A DNA stretch of 63,356 bases, counting the filler, from Thermodesulfobacteriota bacterium (GTDB lineage: Bacteria > DASVDK01), in the NCBI GenBank assembly GCA_036381125.1. It is 6 parts of 6 records of this genome, joined end to end, with 100 filler letters (N's around TTAATTAATTAA, not from the genome) between each part and the next. Parts side by side here need not be neighbours in the genome. Positions count along the whole stretch, not along the records: positions 13,915 to 41,488 come from DASVDK010000332.1; 5 more parts are not named here. One strand, given 5' to 3'. The notes beneath the pieces were generated by a model, which saw only the letters and a program-made list of their open reading frames with translations, was not told the origin of the DNA and did not search any database. A program made the position numbers and the translations under genes. The first letter of the stretch is position 1; each line of letters begins with the position of its first letter. Of the stretch, positions 19,032-30,063 are shown in pieces.

Positions 19032-20630
19032 ATGTCCACGGGGTTCAGGCGTCTCGCCGCCGGGCTGGCCGCCGTCGCGACGATCGCCCTCGGGTTCACC
19101 GTTGCTCTACCCGCCGACGCGCAGGAGATGCGCCGGGGCGGCACCCTCGTCTACGGCAAGCCGAAGGACGCCGTCAAGCTCGACCCGCAGAACGTCACGG
19201 ACGGCGAGTCGTTCGACGTGACGCGCCACATCTTCGAGAACCTCGTCCAGTTCGTGGACGAGAAGACCGAGGTCCGGCCGGGGCTCGCCGAGTCCTGGAG
19301 CGTGTCGAACGACGGCAAGACCTGGACGTTCAAGCTGCGGCGCGGCGTCAAGTTCCACGACGGGACCCCCTTCAACGCCCAGGCGGTCGTCTTCAACTTC
19401 GAGCGGATGGCGTACGAGAACAACCCGTACCACAAGGGGCCGTTCTCGTACTACGCGTCCTTCTTCAACGGCTACCCCGGCGACCTCGAGAAGGTCTACG
19501 CCGCCGACGAGCACACGGTCGTCTTCCAGCTCAAGAAGCCGATCGCGCCGTTCCTCTCGAACCTCGCGACCTCCTCGTTCGGCATCATGAGCCCCGAGTC
19601 GGTCAAGAAGTACGGCGACGACATCTTCAAGAACCCGGTCGGCACCGGCCCCTTCAAGTTCGTCGAGTGGGTGCCCAACGAGCGCCTGGTCCTGGAGAAG
19701 AACAAGGACTACTGGGACAGGGGCAAGCCGATCCTCGACCGGATCATCTTCCGCACGATCCCGGAGAACTCGGTGCGCGTGCTCGAGCTGGAGAAGGGCT
19801 CGATCCACGTGATGCACGGCTTCGACACCGACCAGGCGCTCCGCATCCGCCAGAACAAGGACCTCAAGCTCTACACCCAGACCGGCATGAACGTCGGCTA
19901 CCTGGCGATGCAGACCGAGAAGAAGCCGTTCGACGACAAGCGGGTCCGCCAGGCGATCAACATGGCGGTCAACAAGCAGGCGCTCGTCAAGGCCCTCTAC
20001 GGCGAGTTCGGCAACGCCGCCAAGAACCCGATGCCGCCGGTGCTCTGGGGCTACAACGACGCCGTGCAGGACTACCCGTACGACCCGGATCGGGCGAAGA
20101 AGCTCCTGGCCGACGCGGGCTACCCGAACGGGTTCAAGTCGGAGCTCTGGGCCATGCCGGTCGCGCGGCCGTACATGCCCGACGCGCGCAAGGCCGCCGA
20201 GGCGCTCCAGGCCGACCTCCGGAAGATCGGCGTCGAGACCGAGATCGTGACCATGGACTGGGGCGTCTACCTCGAGCGGACCAAGAAGGGCGACTACAAC
20301 GGCCTCGCCCTCCTCGGCTGGACCGGCGACAACGGCGACCCGGACAACTTCATCTTCACCCTCCTCGGCGGGCCGTCGCGCGGCGGCAACAACATCGCCC
20401 AGTACCGCAACCCGAAGGTCGACGAGCTGCTCCTCAGGGCGCAGACCCTCACCGACCAGAAGGAGCGGGCGAAGCTGTACGAGCAGGCCCAGGTCCTCAT
20501 CAAGGAGGACGCCCCCTGGGTGCCGCTCGTCCACTCGACCCAGCTCGGCGCCAGCCGCGCGAACGTCGTGAACTACAAGCTCCACCCGGTCGGCGCGCAC
20601 CTGCTGATCAACGTCGGGTTCGCGAAGTAG
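19032..20630 (+). CDS. dppA: dipeptide ABC transporter substrate-binding protein
   Basis: PGLAESW, KFHDG, GTGPF, WAMPVARPYMP, GWTGDNGDPDNF; AGGAG RBS. Confidence 0.92.
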   Translation: MSTGFRRLAAGLAAVATIALGFTVALPADAQEMRRGGTLVYGKPKDAVKLDPQNVTDGESFDVTRHIFENLVQFVDEKTEVRPGLAESWSVSNDGKTWTFKLRRGVKFHDGTPFNAQAVVFNFERMAYENNPYHKGPFSYYASFFNGYPGDLEKVYAADEHTVVFQLKKPIAPFLSNLATSSFGIMSPESVKKYGDDIFKNPVGTGPFKFVEWVPNERLVLEKNKDYWDRGKPILDRIIFRTIPENSVRVLELEKGSIHVMHGFDTDQALRIRQNKDLKLYTQTGMNVGYLAMQTEKKPFDDKRVRQAINMAVNKQALVKALYGEFGNAAKNPMPPVLWGYNDAVQDYPYDPDRAKKLLADAGYPNGFKSELWAMPVARPYMPDARKAAEALQADLRKIGVETEIVTMDWGVYLERTKKGDYNGLALLGWTGDNGDPDNFIFTLLGGPSRGGNNIAQYRNPKVDELLLRAQTLTDQKERAKLYEQAQVLIKEDAPWVPLVHSTQLGASRANVVNYKLHPVGAHLLINVGFAK

Positions 20631-20642
20631 AGACGGGGGCCG

Positions 20643-21647
20643 ATGCTCCAGTTCATAGGACGTCGGCTCCTCGCCCTCGTCCCGGTGCTCCTCGGGGTCA
20701 CGTTCGTCGCGTTCTACGCGATGTACCTGACCCCGGGGGACCCGGCCCTCCTCATCCTCGGCGAGCGGGCGACGCAGGAGCGGGTCGACGCGCTTCGCCG
20801 CGAGCTCGACCTCGACAAGCCGTTCCTCGTGCAGTACGGTACGTTCCTTGCCAGGCTCGCCCAGGGGAACCTGGGCCGCTCGACCCAGACCAACAACCCC
20901 GTGATCGAGGACATCGCCCAGCGCTTCCCGGCCACGATCGAGCTGACCCTCGCGGCCATGGTCGTGGCGTGCGTCGTCGGCATCACGGCCGGCGTCGTCT
21001 CGGCCGTCCGGCAGTACAGCGCCTTCGACTACGCGGCCATGGTCGGGTCGCTGGTCGGGGTCTCCATGCCGATCTTCTGGCTCGGCTTCGTCCTCATGCT
21101 CGTCTTCTCCCTGAGGCTCGACTGGCTGCCGCTGTCGGGCCGCTACGACGTCGCCCTCTACTTCCCCCGCGTGACGAACTTCGTGCTGATCGACAGCCTC
21201 CTCGACGGCAACCGGGAGGCGTTCGTGAGCGGCCTCAAGCACCTGGTGCTGCCGGCCGTGACGCTGTCGACCGTGCCCATGGCGATCATCGCGCGGATGA
21301 CCCGCTCCGCCATGCTCGAGGTCATGCGGCAGGACTTCGTCCGCACCGCCCGCGCCAAGGGGCTGGGGGGCTTCCCGGTGGTCCTGAAGCACGCGCTGCG
21401 CAACGCCTTCATTCCGGTGCTGACGGTCATCGGCCTGCAGTTCGGCCTCCTGCTCGGCGGCGCCATCCTCACCGAGACGGTCTTCGCCTGGCCGGGGGTC
21501 GGGCGCCTGACGCTCGAGGCGATCTACACCCGCGACTACCCGCTGATCCGCGGGTGCGTCCTCGTCGTGGCCACCACCTTCGTCCTCATCAACCTGCTGG
21601 TCGACCTTCTCTACGCGGTGATCGACCCGCGGATCCGGGTCGGCTAG
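20643..21647 (+). CDS. dppB: dipeptide ABC permease
   Basis: PGDPA, RFPATIEL, TARAKGL, GAILTETVFAWPG. Confidence 0.93.
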   Translation: MLQFIGRRLLALVPVLLGVTFVAFYAMYLTPGDPALLILGERATQERVDALRRELDLDKPFLVQYGTFLARLAQGNLGRSTQTNNPVIEDIAQRFPATIELTLAAMVVACVVGITAGVVSAVRQYSAFDYAAMVGSLVGVSMPIFWLGFVLMLVFSLRLDWLPLSGRYDVALYFPRVTNFVLIDSLLDGNREAFVSGLKHLVLPAVTLSTVPMAIIARMTRSAMLEVMRQDFVRTARAKGLGGFPVVLKHALRNAFIPVLTVIGLQFGLLLGGAILTETVFAWPGVGRLTLEAIYTRDYPLIRGCVLVVATTFVLINLLVDLLYAVIDPRIRVG

Positions 21648-21649
21648 GC

Positions 21650-22540
21650 GTGGCGGCCGCCGGGACGACGGTCGTCGAGGTGGGGCGCGTCGAGCGGGAC
21701 CGCAGCCCCTGGCGGGAGGCGAGCCGTCGCTTGCAGAGGAACCGGGCCGCCATCGTCGGGCTGGCGGTCATCGGGCTGCTCCTCGTCATCGGCCTCCTCG
21801 CGCCGGTCGTGGCGCCGTACAGCTACTACGACACGAGCCTCGGCAACCGGATCCAGCCGCCGTCGGCCGCCCACTGGCTCGGCACGGACGACCTCGGCCG
21901 CGACGTCCTCTCGCGCATCGTCTACGGCGCCCGGATCTCCCTCCTGATCGGCGTCCTCTCGGTCGGCATCTCGCTGGCGATCGGGCTGCCGCTCGGGGCC
22001 GTGGCGGGGTACGCCGGCGGGCTCGTCGACAGCGTGATCATGCGGGTCATGGACGTGATGCTCGCCTTCCCGTCCTTCCTGCTGGCCGTCATGATCGCCG
22101 GCATCCTGGGGCCGAGTTTGGCGAACGCGATGATCGCCATCGGCGTCGTCCAGGTCCCCCGGTACGTTCGAATACTCCGGGCCTCGGTCCTGTCGGTGAA
22201 GGCCGAGCCCTTCGTCGAGGCGGCCAGCGCCCTGGGGGCTCCCTCCGGGCGGATCCTGGTCCGGCACGTGGTGCCCAATTGCCTCGCTCCGCTGATCGTG
22301 CAGTCGACTCTGGGCGTGGCAAGCGCCATACTGGAGGCGGCCGGTCTGTCCTTCCTCGGCCTCGGTGCGCAGCCTCCCTCACCGGAGTGGGGGGCCATGC
22401 TCGCCTCGGGGCGCAACCTCTTGCAGGTCGCCCCGTGGGTCGTGACCTACCCGGGGATCGCCATTCTCGTGGCGGTGCTCGGGTTCAACCTCTTCGGGGA
22501 CGGGCTACGTGACGCGCTCGACCCGCGGCTCAAGACGTGA
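21650..22540 (+). CDS. dppC: dipeptide ABC permease
   Basis: HWLGTDDLGRD, LSFLGLGAQPPSPEWG, GDGLRDALDP; GTG start inferred. Confidence 0.92.
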   Translation: MAAAGTTVVEVGRVERDRSPWREASRRLQRNRAAIVGLAVIGLLLVIGLLAPVVAPYSYYDTSLGNRIQPPSAAHWLGTDDLGRDVLSRIVYGARISLLIGVLSVGISLAIGLPLGAVAGYAGGLVDSVIMRVMDVMLAFPSFLLAVMIAGILGPSLANAMIAIGVVQVPRYVRILRASVLSVKAEPFVEAASALGAPSGRILVRHVVPNCLAPLIVQSTLGVASAILEAAGLSFLGLGAQPPSPEWGAMLASGRNLLQVAPWVVTYPGIAILVAVLGFNLFGDGLRDALDPRLKT

Positions 22541-22552
22541 CGGAGTAACGGC

Positions 22553-23577
<1,025 letters not shown>

Positions 23578-23581
<4 letters not shown>

Positions 23582-24666
23582 GCGTCGCGCGCGACATGGG
23601 CGTCCGGACGGCGGCCACGGGAGAGACCCTGCTCGAGGTCAAAGACCTCGTCAAGCACTTCCCCATCACCGGCGGCCTCCTCGGCAAGCAGGTGGCCAGG
23701 GTCCACGCGGTCGACGGGGTGAGCTTCACCCTCAAGCGGGGCGAGACGCTGGGCCTGGTGGGCGAGTCGGGCTGCGGCAAGTCCACCACCGGCCGGGTCA
23801 TCCTGCGGCTCATCGAGCCGACCGGCGGCAAGGTCGTCTTCGACGGGCACGACGTCTTCTCCCTCGACCGCCGCAGCATGCGCGCGCTCCGCCGCCGCAT
23901 GCAGATCATCTTCCAGGACCCCTACGCCTCCTTGAACCCGCGCATGACGGTCGGGTCGATCGTGGAGGAGGGGCTCAAGATCCACAACCTCGGGACGCCG
24001 AAGGAGCGCAAGGAGAAGGTCGCCCACATCCTCGAGAAGGTCGGCCTGCGGCCCGAGCACATGCGCCGCTACCCCCACGAGTTCTCGGGCGGGCAGCGCC
24101 AGCGCATCGGCATCGCCCGCGTCCTGGCGCTCAACCCCGACCTGGTCATCGGCGACGAGCCGGTCTCAGCGCTCGACGTCTCGATCCAGGCGCAGGTGAT
24201 CAACCTGCTCGAGGACCTCCAGGCCGAGTTCGGGCTCTCGTACATCATCATCGCCCACAACCTCTCGGTCGTGGAGCACATCAGCGACCGCGTGGCGGTC
24301 ATGTACCTCGGCAAGATCGTGGAGCTGGCCGACGCGAAGGCGCTCTACTCGAACCCGCTCCACCCCTACACCGAGGCGCTCCTCTCGGCCGTGCCGATCC
24401 CGGACCCCACGGCCAGGAAGCAGCGGATCATCCTCGAGGGGGACGTGCCGTCGCCCATCAGCCCGCCCCCGGCCTGCCGCTTCCACCCGCGCTGCCCGTA
24501 CCGGCGCAAGGTCTGCGCCGAGGTGGAGCCCGAGTGGCGGGAGCTCAAGCCGGGCCACTTCGCGGCGTGCCACTTCCCGCTGGGGATGCCGGAGAAGCAC
24601 GTCAACCCCGAGCCGCCGGCCCCCTCGGCCGGCACCCGCGCCGGCGCGGCGGCGCCGACCGCCTAG
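23578..24666 (+). CDS. dppF: peptide ABC ATPase
   Basis: [39 protein letters not shown] overlap. Confidence 0.93.
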
Positions 24667-24687
24667 CGCTCGGGCCCGAGTCGCGGC

Positions 24688-26127
24688 ATGCCCGCCGACC
24701 TCCGGCTGCTCGCCCTGTCGGCCTCCGAGATGGCGGCCCGCGTGCGCAGCCGGGAGGTCTCGCCGGTCGAGCTGGTCGAGGCGTCGCTTGCCGCCATCGA
24801 GCGGCTCGACCCGACGCTGAACGCCTTCTGCCTCGTCACCGCCGACGAGGCCCGCCGCACCGCCCGGGACCTCGAGCGGGAGGCGGCGTCCGGGCGGCTC
24901 AGGGGGCCGCTGCACGGCGTCCCCTTCGGCGTGAAGGACCTCTTCCTGACGGCCGGCGTGCGCACCGGCCGCGGCTCCCGGGCGTACCGCGACTTCGTGC
25001 CGCAGGAGTCGTCGCCGGCGGTCGAGCGCAGCCTCGCCGCCGGGGCGGTCATGGTCGGCAAGACCACGACGCCGGAGTTCGGGTGGAAGGGGACCGCCGG
25101 CTCCCCGCTCACCGGCGTGACGCGCAACCCGTGGGACCCCGCGCGGCAGGCCGGCGGCTCCTCGGCCGGCTCGGCCGTGGCGGTGTCGGCCCGCATGGTG
25201 CCGGCCGCGCTCGGCACCGACGGCGGCGGCTCGGTGCGGATCCCGGCCGCGTTCTGCGGCGTCTTCGCGCTCAAGGCCTCGCTCGGCCGCGTGCCCTACT
25301 ACCCGGCGAGCGTCACCGACATGCTCTCCCACGGCGGGCCGATGACCCGGACGGTGCGCGACTCGGCGCTCTGGCTCGACGTGCTCAAGGGCCCCGACCC
25401 CCGCGACCACGTGAGCCTGCCCGAGGAGGGGCGCTCCTACGTCGAGGCGCTCGACGAGCCGCTGCCGCCGGTCCGCGCGGCGTTCGCGCCGACCCTCTTC
25501 GGCGTGCCGGTCCACCCGGCGATCGACCGGGCGGTGCGCGCCGCGGTGGCCGCGTTCGCGGTCGGCACCGGCCTCGGCGTGGAGGAGGTGGCGCCGCCGT
25601 TCGAGAGCCCCGCGAGGTGCTTCGAGACGCTCTGGGTGGCCGGGCGCCGCAGCGCCGCGGGCGCCCTCCTCGACGCGCACGAGGAGGACCTCGACCCCGG
25701 CTTCGCGCGCCTCGTGCGCCTGGCCGACCGCTACACGGCGACCGACGTGTTCGACGCCCTGCAGGCGCGCGCCGCCTTCTGCCGGTCGGTGGCCGCCTTC
25801 TTCGAGCGCTACGACGTCCTCCTGCTGCCGACCCTGCCGATCCCGCCCTTCGAGGCCGAGCGGGACGTGCCGCGCGACTGGCCCGAGTCGGCAAGCCCCA
25901 TCGCGTGGGCCGAGTGGACCCCCTTCACGCCCCCCTTCAACCTGACCGGCCAGCCGGCCGCGTCGATCCCCTGCGGCGTCGACGACCGCGGGATGCCGGT
26001 CGGGCTCCAGGTCGTCGGCCGGCGCTTCGCCGACGCGACCGTGCTCCAGGTCTGCCACGCGCTCGAGCGGCTCCTGCCGTGGCGCGACCCCGCGCCGCCG
26101 CTCGCGCGCGCGGCGCTCGGGCTCTGA
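24688..26127 (+). CDS. amidase-signature family amidase
   Basis: GPLHGVPFGVKD, GGSSAGS, GTDGGGSVRIPA. Confidence 0.92.
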   Translation: MPADLRLLALSASEMAARVRSREVSPVELVEASLAAIERLDPTLNAFCLVTADEARRTARDLEREAASGRLRGPLHGVPFGVKDLFLTAGVRTGRGSRAYRDFVPQESSPAVERSLAAGAVMVGKTTTPEFGWKGTAGSPLTGVTRNPWDPARQAGGSSAGSAVAVSARMVPAALGTDGGGSVRIPAAFCGVFALKASLGRVPYYPASVTDMLSHGGPMTRTVRDSALWLDVLKGPDPRDHVSLPEEGRSYVEALDEPLPPVRAAFAPTLFGVPVHPAIDRAVRAAVAAFAVGTGLGVEEVAPPFESPARCFETLWVAGRRSAAGALLDAHEEDLDPGFARLVRLADRYTATDVFDALQARAAFCRSVAAFFERYDVLLLPTLPIPPFEAERDVPRDWPESASPIAWAEWTPFTPPFNLTGQPAASIPCGVDDRGMPVGLQVVGRRFADATVLQVCHALERLLPWRDPAPPLARAALGL

Positions 26128-26140
26128 GCGGTCGAGCGTC

Positions 26141-26998
26141 GTGACCTCCCGTTCGAGCACCGGCGCGCGGCCGCTCATCGGCATCACGACCGGCACCGAG
26201 ATCGGCGGCGCCTGGACCGAGAACAGCCTCCCGCACGAGAAGGACTACACCTGGCGCGACTACTCGGCCGGGGTGGCCGCCGCGGGCGGCCTGCCGGTCC
26301 TGCTCCCGTGCGTGGCGGGCGGCAGCGCGGAGCCGGACGGGGGCGACGCGGCGCTCGTGGCCGAGACGATCGCGCGGCTCGATGGCCTGATCCTCACGGG
26401 CGGCCGGGACGTCGACCCGCGGCACTACGGCGAGCCGCCCCACGCGCGCCTCGGCGCGATCGACCCGGCGAGGGACGCGCTCGAGCTGGCGGCCGTCGCG
26501 GCCGCGCGGGCCCGGCGGCTCCCCATCCTCGGCATCTGCCGCGGCATCCAGGTGCTGGCCGTCGCCTTCGGCGGCTCGCTCGTCCAGGACCTCGGGTCCG
26601 AGGTCGCCGGGGCGATCCGGCACGAGCAGCGGCTCGACAAGCGCAGGCCTTCCCACGAGGTCTCGGTCGAGCCGGGCTCGCGCCTCGCGGCCATCCTGGG
26701 GCGGTCCGGCGCCCTCCGGGTGAACAGCTACCACCACCAGGCGGTCCGCCGCGTTCCCGACGGCTTCCGGGTGTCGGCAACGGCGCCCGACGGCGTGATC
26801 GAGGCCATGGAGGCCGTCGACCCGCGGTACGGGTTCGTCGTCGGCGTGCAGTGGCATCCGGAGGGGCTCTGGCGCGGCGACGACGCCTCGCGCCGCCTCT
26901 TCCGGGCGCTGGTGGCGGAGGCGGCGGCGGATGCCGCCGCGGAGGCGGCCGGTCGGAGCGTCCCGACGCTCCTCTCGAAGCAGGAGGGTCTCCCATGA
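26141..26998 (+). CDS. gamma-glutamyl-gamma-aminobutyrate hydrolase family (peptidase C26, PuuD-like)
   Basis: DGLILTGG, GICRG, VNSYHHQ, GVQWHPE. Confidence 0.9.
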   Translation: MTSRSSTGARPLIGITTGTEIGGAWTENSLPHEKDYTWRDYSAGVAAAGGLPVLLPCVAGGSAEPDGGDAALVAETIARLDGLILTGGRDVDPRHYGEPPHARLGAIDPARDALELAAVAAARARRLPILGICRGIQVLAVAFGGSLVQDLGSEVAGAIRHEQRLDKRRPSHEVSVEPGSRLAAILGRSGALRVNSYHHQAVRRVPDGFRVSATAPDGVIEAMEAVDPRYGFVVGVQWHPEGLWRGDDASRRLFRALVAEAAADAAAEAAGRSVPTLLSKQEGLP

Positions 26999-28068
26999 GA
27001 GCCCGCATCGTCACCCTGGCCGTGGCCGCCTCCGCGGCGGCCCTCTGGACCACCGCCGCCGCGTCGGCGGAGCTCCGGCTCCTCACCTGGAAGGGCTACG
27101 CCCCGAACGAGGTCGTCGAGCAGTTCCAGAAGGAGACCGGCATCACGGTCAACGTCACCTACTCGAACAACGAGGAGATGATCTCGAAGCTGCGGGCCAC
27201 GGGCGGCGCGGGCTTCGACCTGGCGCAGCCCTCCCAGGACCGGATCACCGGCGCGCAGGCGGACTACAGGATCTACCGGCCGCTCGACCTCGCCAGGGTG
27301 GAGACGAGGCTCTTCATCCCCTCCATGCTCGAGGCGACGAGGAAGAACACCACGCTCGACGGGAAGGTGTACGGCCTGCCGCACATCTGGGGGACCGACG
27401 GCCTCATCGTCAACACGAAGGCGGCCGGCGGCGCGAGCGACTACCTCGACCTCTGCGACCCGAAGTACGCCGGCAAGGTGAGCTACCGGACCCGGCGGCC
27501 GACGCTCATCGCCTTCGCCTTCGCGATGGGCGAGAACCCCTTCGGCCTCTACGGCGACCGGGCGAAGTACACGGCGCTCATGGAGAAGGTGGGGGCGAAG
27601 CTCATCGAGTGCAAGAAGTACGTGAAGGACTACTGGACCAACGGCGACGCGCTCCTCGGCCTCGTCCGCAGCGGCGAGGTCGTCCTCGCCATGGGCTGGG
27701 ACTCGGGAGGCTGGAAGCTCACGCAGGAGAACCCGGACATCGTCTTCCGCGCGCCGAAGTCCGGCGCGCTCGGCTGGGTGGACACCTTCGCCATCCCGGC
27801 CAGGGCTCGGAACGTCGACGCCGCCTACCGGTGGATCAACTTCGTCATGCGGCCGGAGATCGCCGCGAAGATCGTCGCCTCGGCGGGCAACTTCACCGCC
27901 TCGCAGGGCGCCGACAGGTTCGTCGACCCGACGCTCTCGAAGCTGTACCAGGCGAGCTTCCCGGCGAAGGACCTCGACAACATCAGGTGGTACCCGGCGG
28001 TGCCGGCCGGCCTCGAGGAGATCGAGGGGAACATCCTCGACAAGGTCCGGGCGGCCCGGTCGCAGTAG
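26995..28068 (+). CDS. polyamine ABC substrate-binding protein (PotD/PotF-like)
   Basis: signal peptide, LLTWKGY, SNNEEM, WGTDG, WVDTFAIP; ATGA overlap. Confidence 0.85.
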   Translation: MRARIVTLAVAASAAALWTTAAASAELRLLTWKGYAPNEVVEQFQKETGITVNVTYSNNEEMISKLRATGGAGFDLAQPSQDRITGAQADYRIYRPLDLARVETRLFIPSMLEATRKNTTLDGKVYGLPHIWGTDGLIVNTKAAGGASDYLDLCDPKYAGKVSYRTRRPTLIAFAFAMGENPFGLYGDRAKYTALMEKVGAKLIECKKYVKDYWTNGDALLGLVRSGEVVLAMGWDSGGWKLTQENPDIVFRAPKSGALGWVDTFAIPARARNVDAAYRWINFVMRPEIAAKIVASAGNFTASQGADRFVDPTLSKLYQASFPAKDLDNIRWYPAVPAGLEEIEGNILDKVRAARSQ

Positions 28069-28072
28069 CCGC

Positions 28073-29206
28073 ATGGCGGCCGAGCGGGGGCGAGGCGGCG
28101 GCCTCGCCCCCGACCTCGAGGTCGCCGACGTGGTGAAGACCTTCCCGGGTCACGTTGCCGTCGACGGCGTCTCGTTCGCCATCCCCAGGGGGTCGTTCTT
28201 CTCGATCCTCGGCCCGTCGGGCTGCGGGAAGACCACGCTCCTCCGGATGATCGCCGGGTTCGGCGAGCCCGACCGGGGGGACATCCGCATCGGCGGCCGA
28301 TCGGTCCTCGGGGTCCCGCCCAACCGCCGGCCGGTCAACCTGATCTTCCAGCACCTCGCGCTCTTCCCGATGATGAACGTGGCCGAGAACGTCGCCTACG
28401 GCCTCAGGCGCCGCCGCGTCCCCTCCGCCGAGATCCGCGCGAAGGTGGAGGCGATGCTCGAGCGGGTGGGGCTCGCCGGCTTCGGCCCGCGCCGCATCGA
28501 CCAGCTCTCGGGCGGCCAGCGGCAGCGGGTGGCGATCGCCCGCGCGCTGGTCCTCGACCCGACCGTTCTCCTCCTCGACGAGCCGCTCGGCGCCCTCGAC
28601 CTCAAGCTCCGGGAGCAGATGAAGGTCGAGCTCAGGCGCCTGCAGGCGGAGATCGGCACGACCTTCGTCTACATCACGCACGACCAGAGCGAGGCGCTCG
28701 TCATGTCGGACCGCGTGGCGGTCATGAAGGACGGCCGCTTCGAGCAGGTCGACACCCCCCAGGGGCTCTACTACCGGCCGCGCACCCCGTTCGTCGCCGG
28801 CTTCGTGGGGGACAGCAACCGGTGGGCCGGCCGGGCGGCGACCGTGCGGGGCGGGCAGGTGCGGGTCGAGACCGAGGCCGGTTTCGTCGTGACCGCGCGG
28901 GCCGGGGGCGGCGTGACCGAGGGGGGCGGGGTCGAGGTCTTCGTCCGCCCCGAGGCGATCGCCCTGGCGGTCGCGGATGCGGGCGCGGCCGGCGACGGCG
29001 GCGCCGGCCGCGTCACGGCCCGCGTGGAGAGCGTCCTCTTCAACGGCGCGGCGAGCCGGGTGATCGTCCGCGAGGCGCTGAGCGGCCAGGAGATCGCCGT
29101 GGCGCTGCCGCAGACGGGCGAGTTCGCCGACCTCGCCCCGGGCGCCGCCGTCGAGCTGCGCCTCGAGCCGGACGCGGCCGTCTGCTTCCCGAGGGGGGGC
29201 GCCTGA
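28073..29206 (+). CDS. potA: polyamine ABC ATPase (PotA-like)
   Basis: GPSGCGKTT, LSGGQRQR, LDEPLGALD, TOBE-like tail. Confidence 0.85.
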   Translation: MAAERGRGGGLAPDLEVADVVKTFPGHVAVDGVSFAIPRGSFFSILGPSGCGKTTLLRMIAGFGEPDRGDIRIGGRSVLGVPPNRRPVNLIFQHLALFPMMNVAENVAYGLRRRRVPSAEIRAKVEAMLERVGLAGFGPRRIDQLSGGQRQRVAIARALVLDPTVLLLDEPLGALDLKLREQMKVELRRLQAEIGTTFVYITHDQSEALVMSDRVAVMKDGRFEQVDTPQGLYYRPRTPFVAGFVGDSNRWAGRAATVRGGQVRVETEAGFVVTARAGGGVTEGGGVEVFVRPEAIALAVADAGAAGDGGAGRVTARVESVLFNGAASRVIVREALSGQEIAVALPQTGEFADLAPGAAVELRLEPDAAVCFPRGGA

Positions 29207-30063
29207 TGGGGAGGGGGAGCCGGCTGGCGCTGGCGCTCTTCCTCGCCCCGGCCGTCCTCTGGCTCCTGCTGCTCGTCGTCCTGCCGCACGTCGACATGCT
29301 GCTCCTCTCGCTGCGGCTCCGCGGCGACGAGACGCGCGCCTTCACGCTCGACAACTACGTCCGCTTCTTCGCCGAGCCGATCTACTGGCGGACGTTCGTC
29401 CGGACAGCGGTCTACTCGCTCGTCGCCACCGCCCTCACCCTCGCGGTCGCCTTCCCGGTGGCGTTCTACGTGGCCAAGGTGGCGCGCGGCCGCCGCAAAG
29501 GGGCGCTCTTCCTCCTCTGCCTCGTCCCCTTCTGGGTGAGCGAGCTGGTCCGGACCTACGGCTGGATGATCCTCCTGCGCGAGACGGGCGTCGTGAGCCG
29601 GCTCCTCGTCTGGTCCGGCCTCGCCGCCGGCCCGGTGGAGCTGCTCTACAACGACGCCGCGATCATGGTCGGCCTGGTCTACACGTCGACGCTCTTCATG
29701 GTGGTCCCGATCGTGACCGTGCTCGACACGCTCGACGACAGCCTGATCGAGGCGGCGTACGACCTCGGCGGGCGAGCGCCTGCCATCCTGCGCGAGATCG
29801 TCGTGCCGCACGCGATGCCCGGGATCGCCGCCGGGTGCATCGTGGCCTTCATGCTGACGCTCGGCAACTACCTCGCGCCGACCCTCCTCGGCGGCAAGAA
29901 CAGCCTCTGGTTCACGCAGCAGGTCTACGACCAGTTCATCGTCCGTTTCAACTGGGAGCAGGGGGCCGCGTTCGGCTTCCTCCTCCTCGCGCTCTCCTCG
30001 GCCATCGTCTGGCTCGGTCTCAGGCTGACCGGCCAGACGCTCGCCGGGTCGGTCGGCCGGTGA
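29206..30063 (+). CDS. potB: polyamine ABC permease (PotB-like)
   Basis: PFWVSELVRTYGW, EAAYDLG, PTLLGG. Confidence 0.85.
   Translation: MGRGSRLALALFLAPAVLWLLLLVVLPHVDMLLLSLRLRGDETRAFTLDNYVRFFAEPIYWRTFVRTAVYSLVATALTLAVAFPVAFYVAKVARGRRKGALFLLCLVPFWVSELVRTYGWMILLRETGVVSRLLVWSGLAAGPVELLYNDAAIMVGLVYTSTLFMVVPIVTVLDTLDDSLIEAAYDLGGRAPAILREIVVPHAMPGIAAGCIVAFMLTLGNYLAPTLLGGKNSLWFTQQVYDQFIVRFNWEQGAAFGFLLLALSSAIVWLGLRLTGQTLAGSVGR

Noticed and set aside
18836-22540. apparent 1234-aa ORF (also 4892-8374, 7174-9288, 833-2659) suggesting gene fusions
   Set aside because: Only the C-terminal parts are real genes; the upstream parts are off-frame read-through of neighbouring genes
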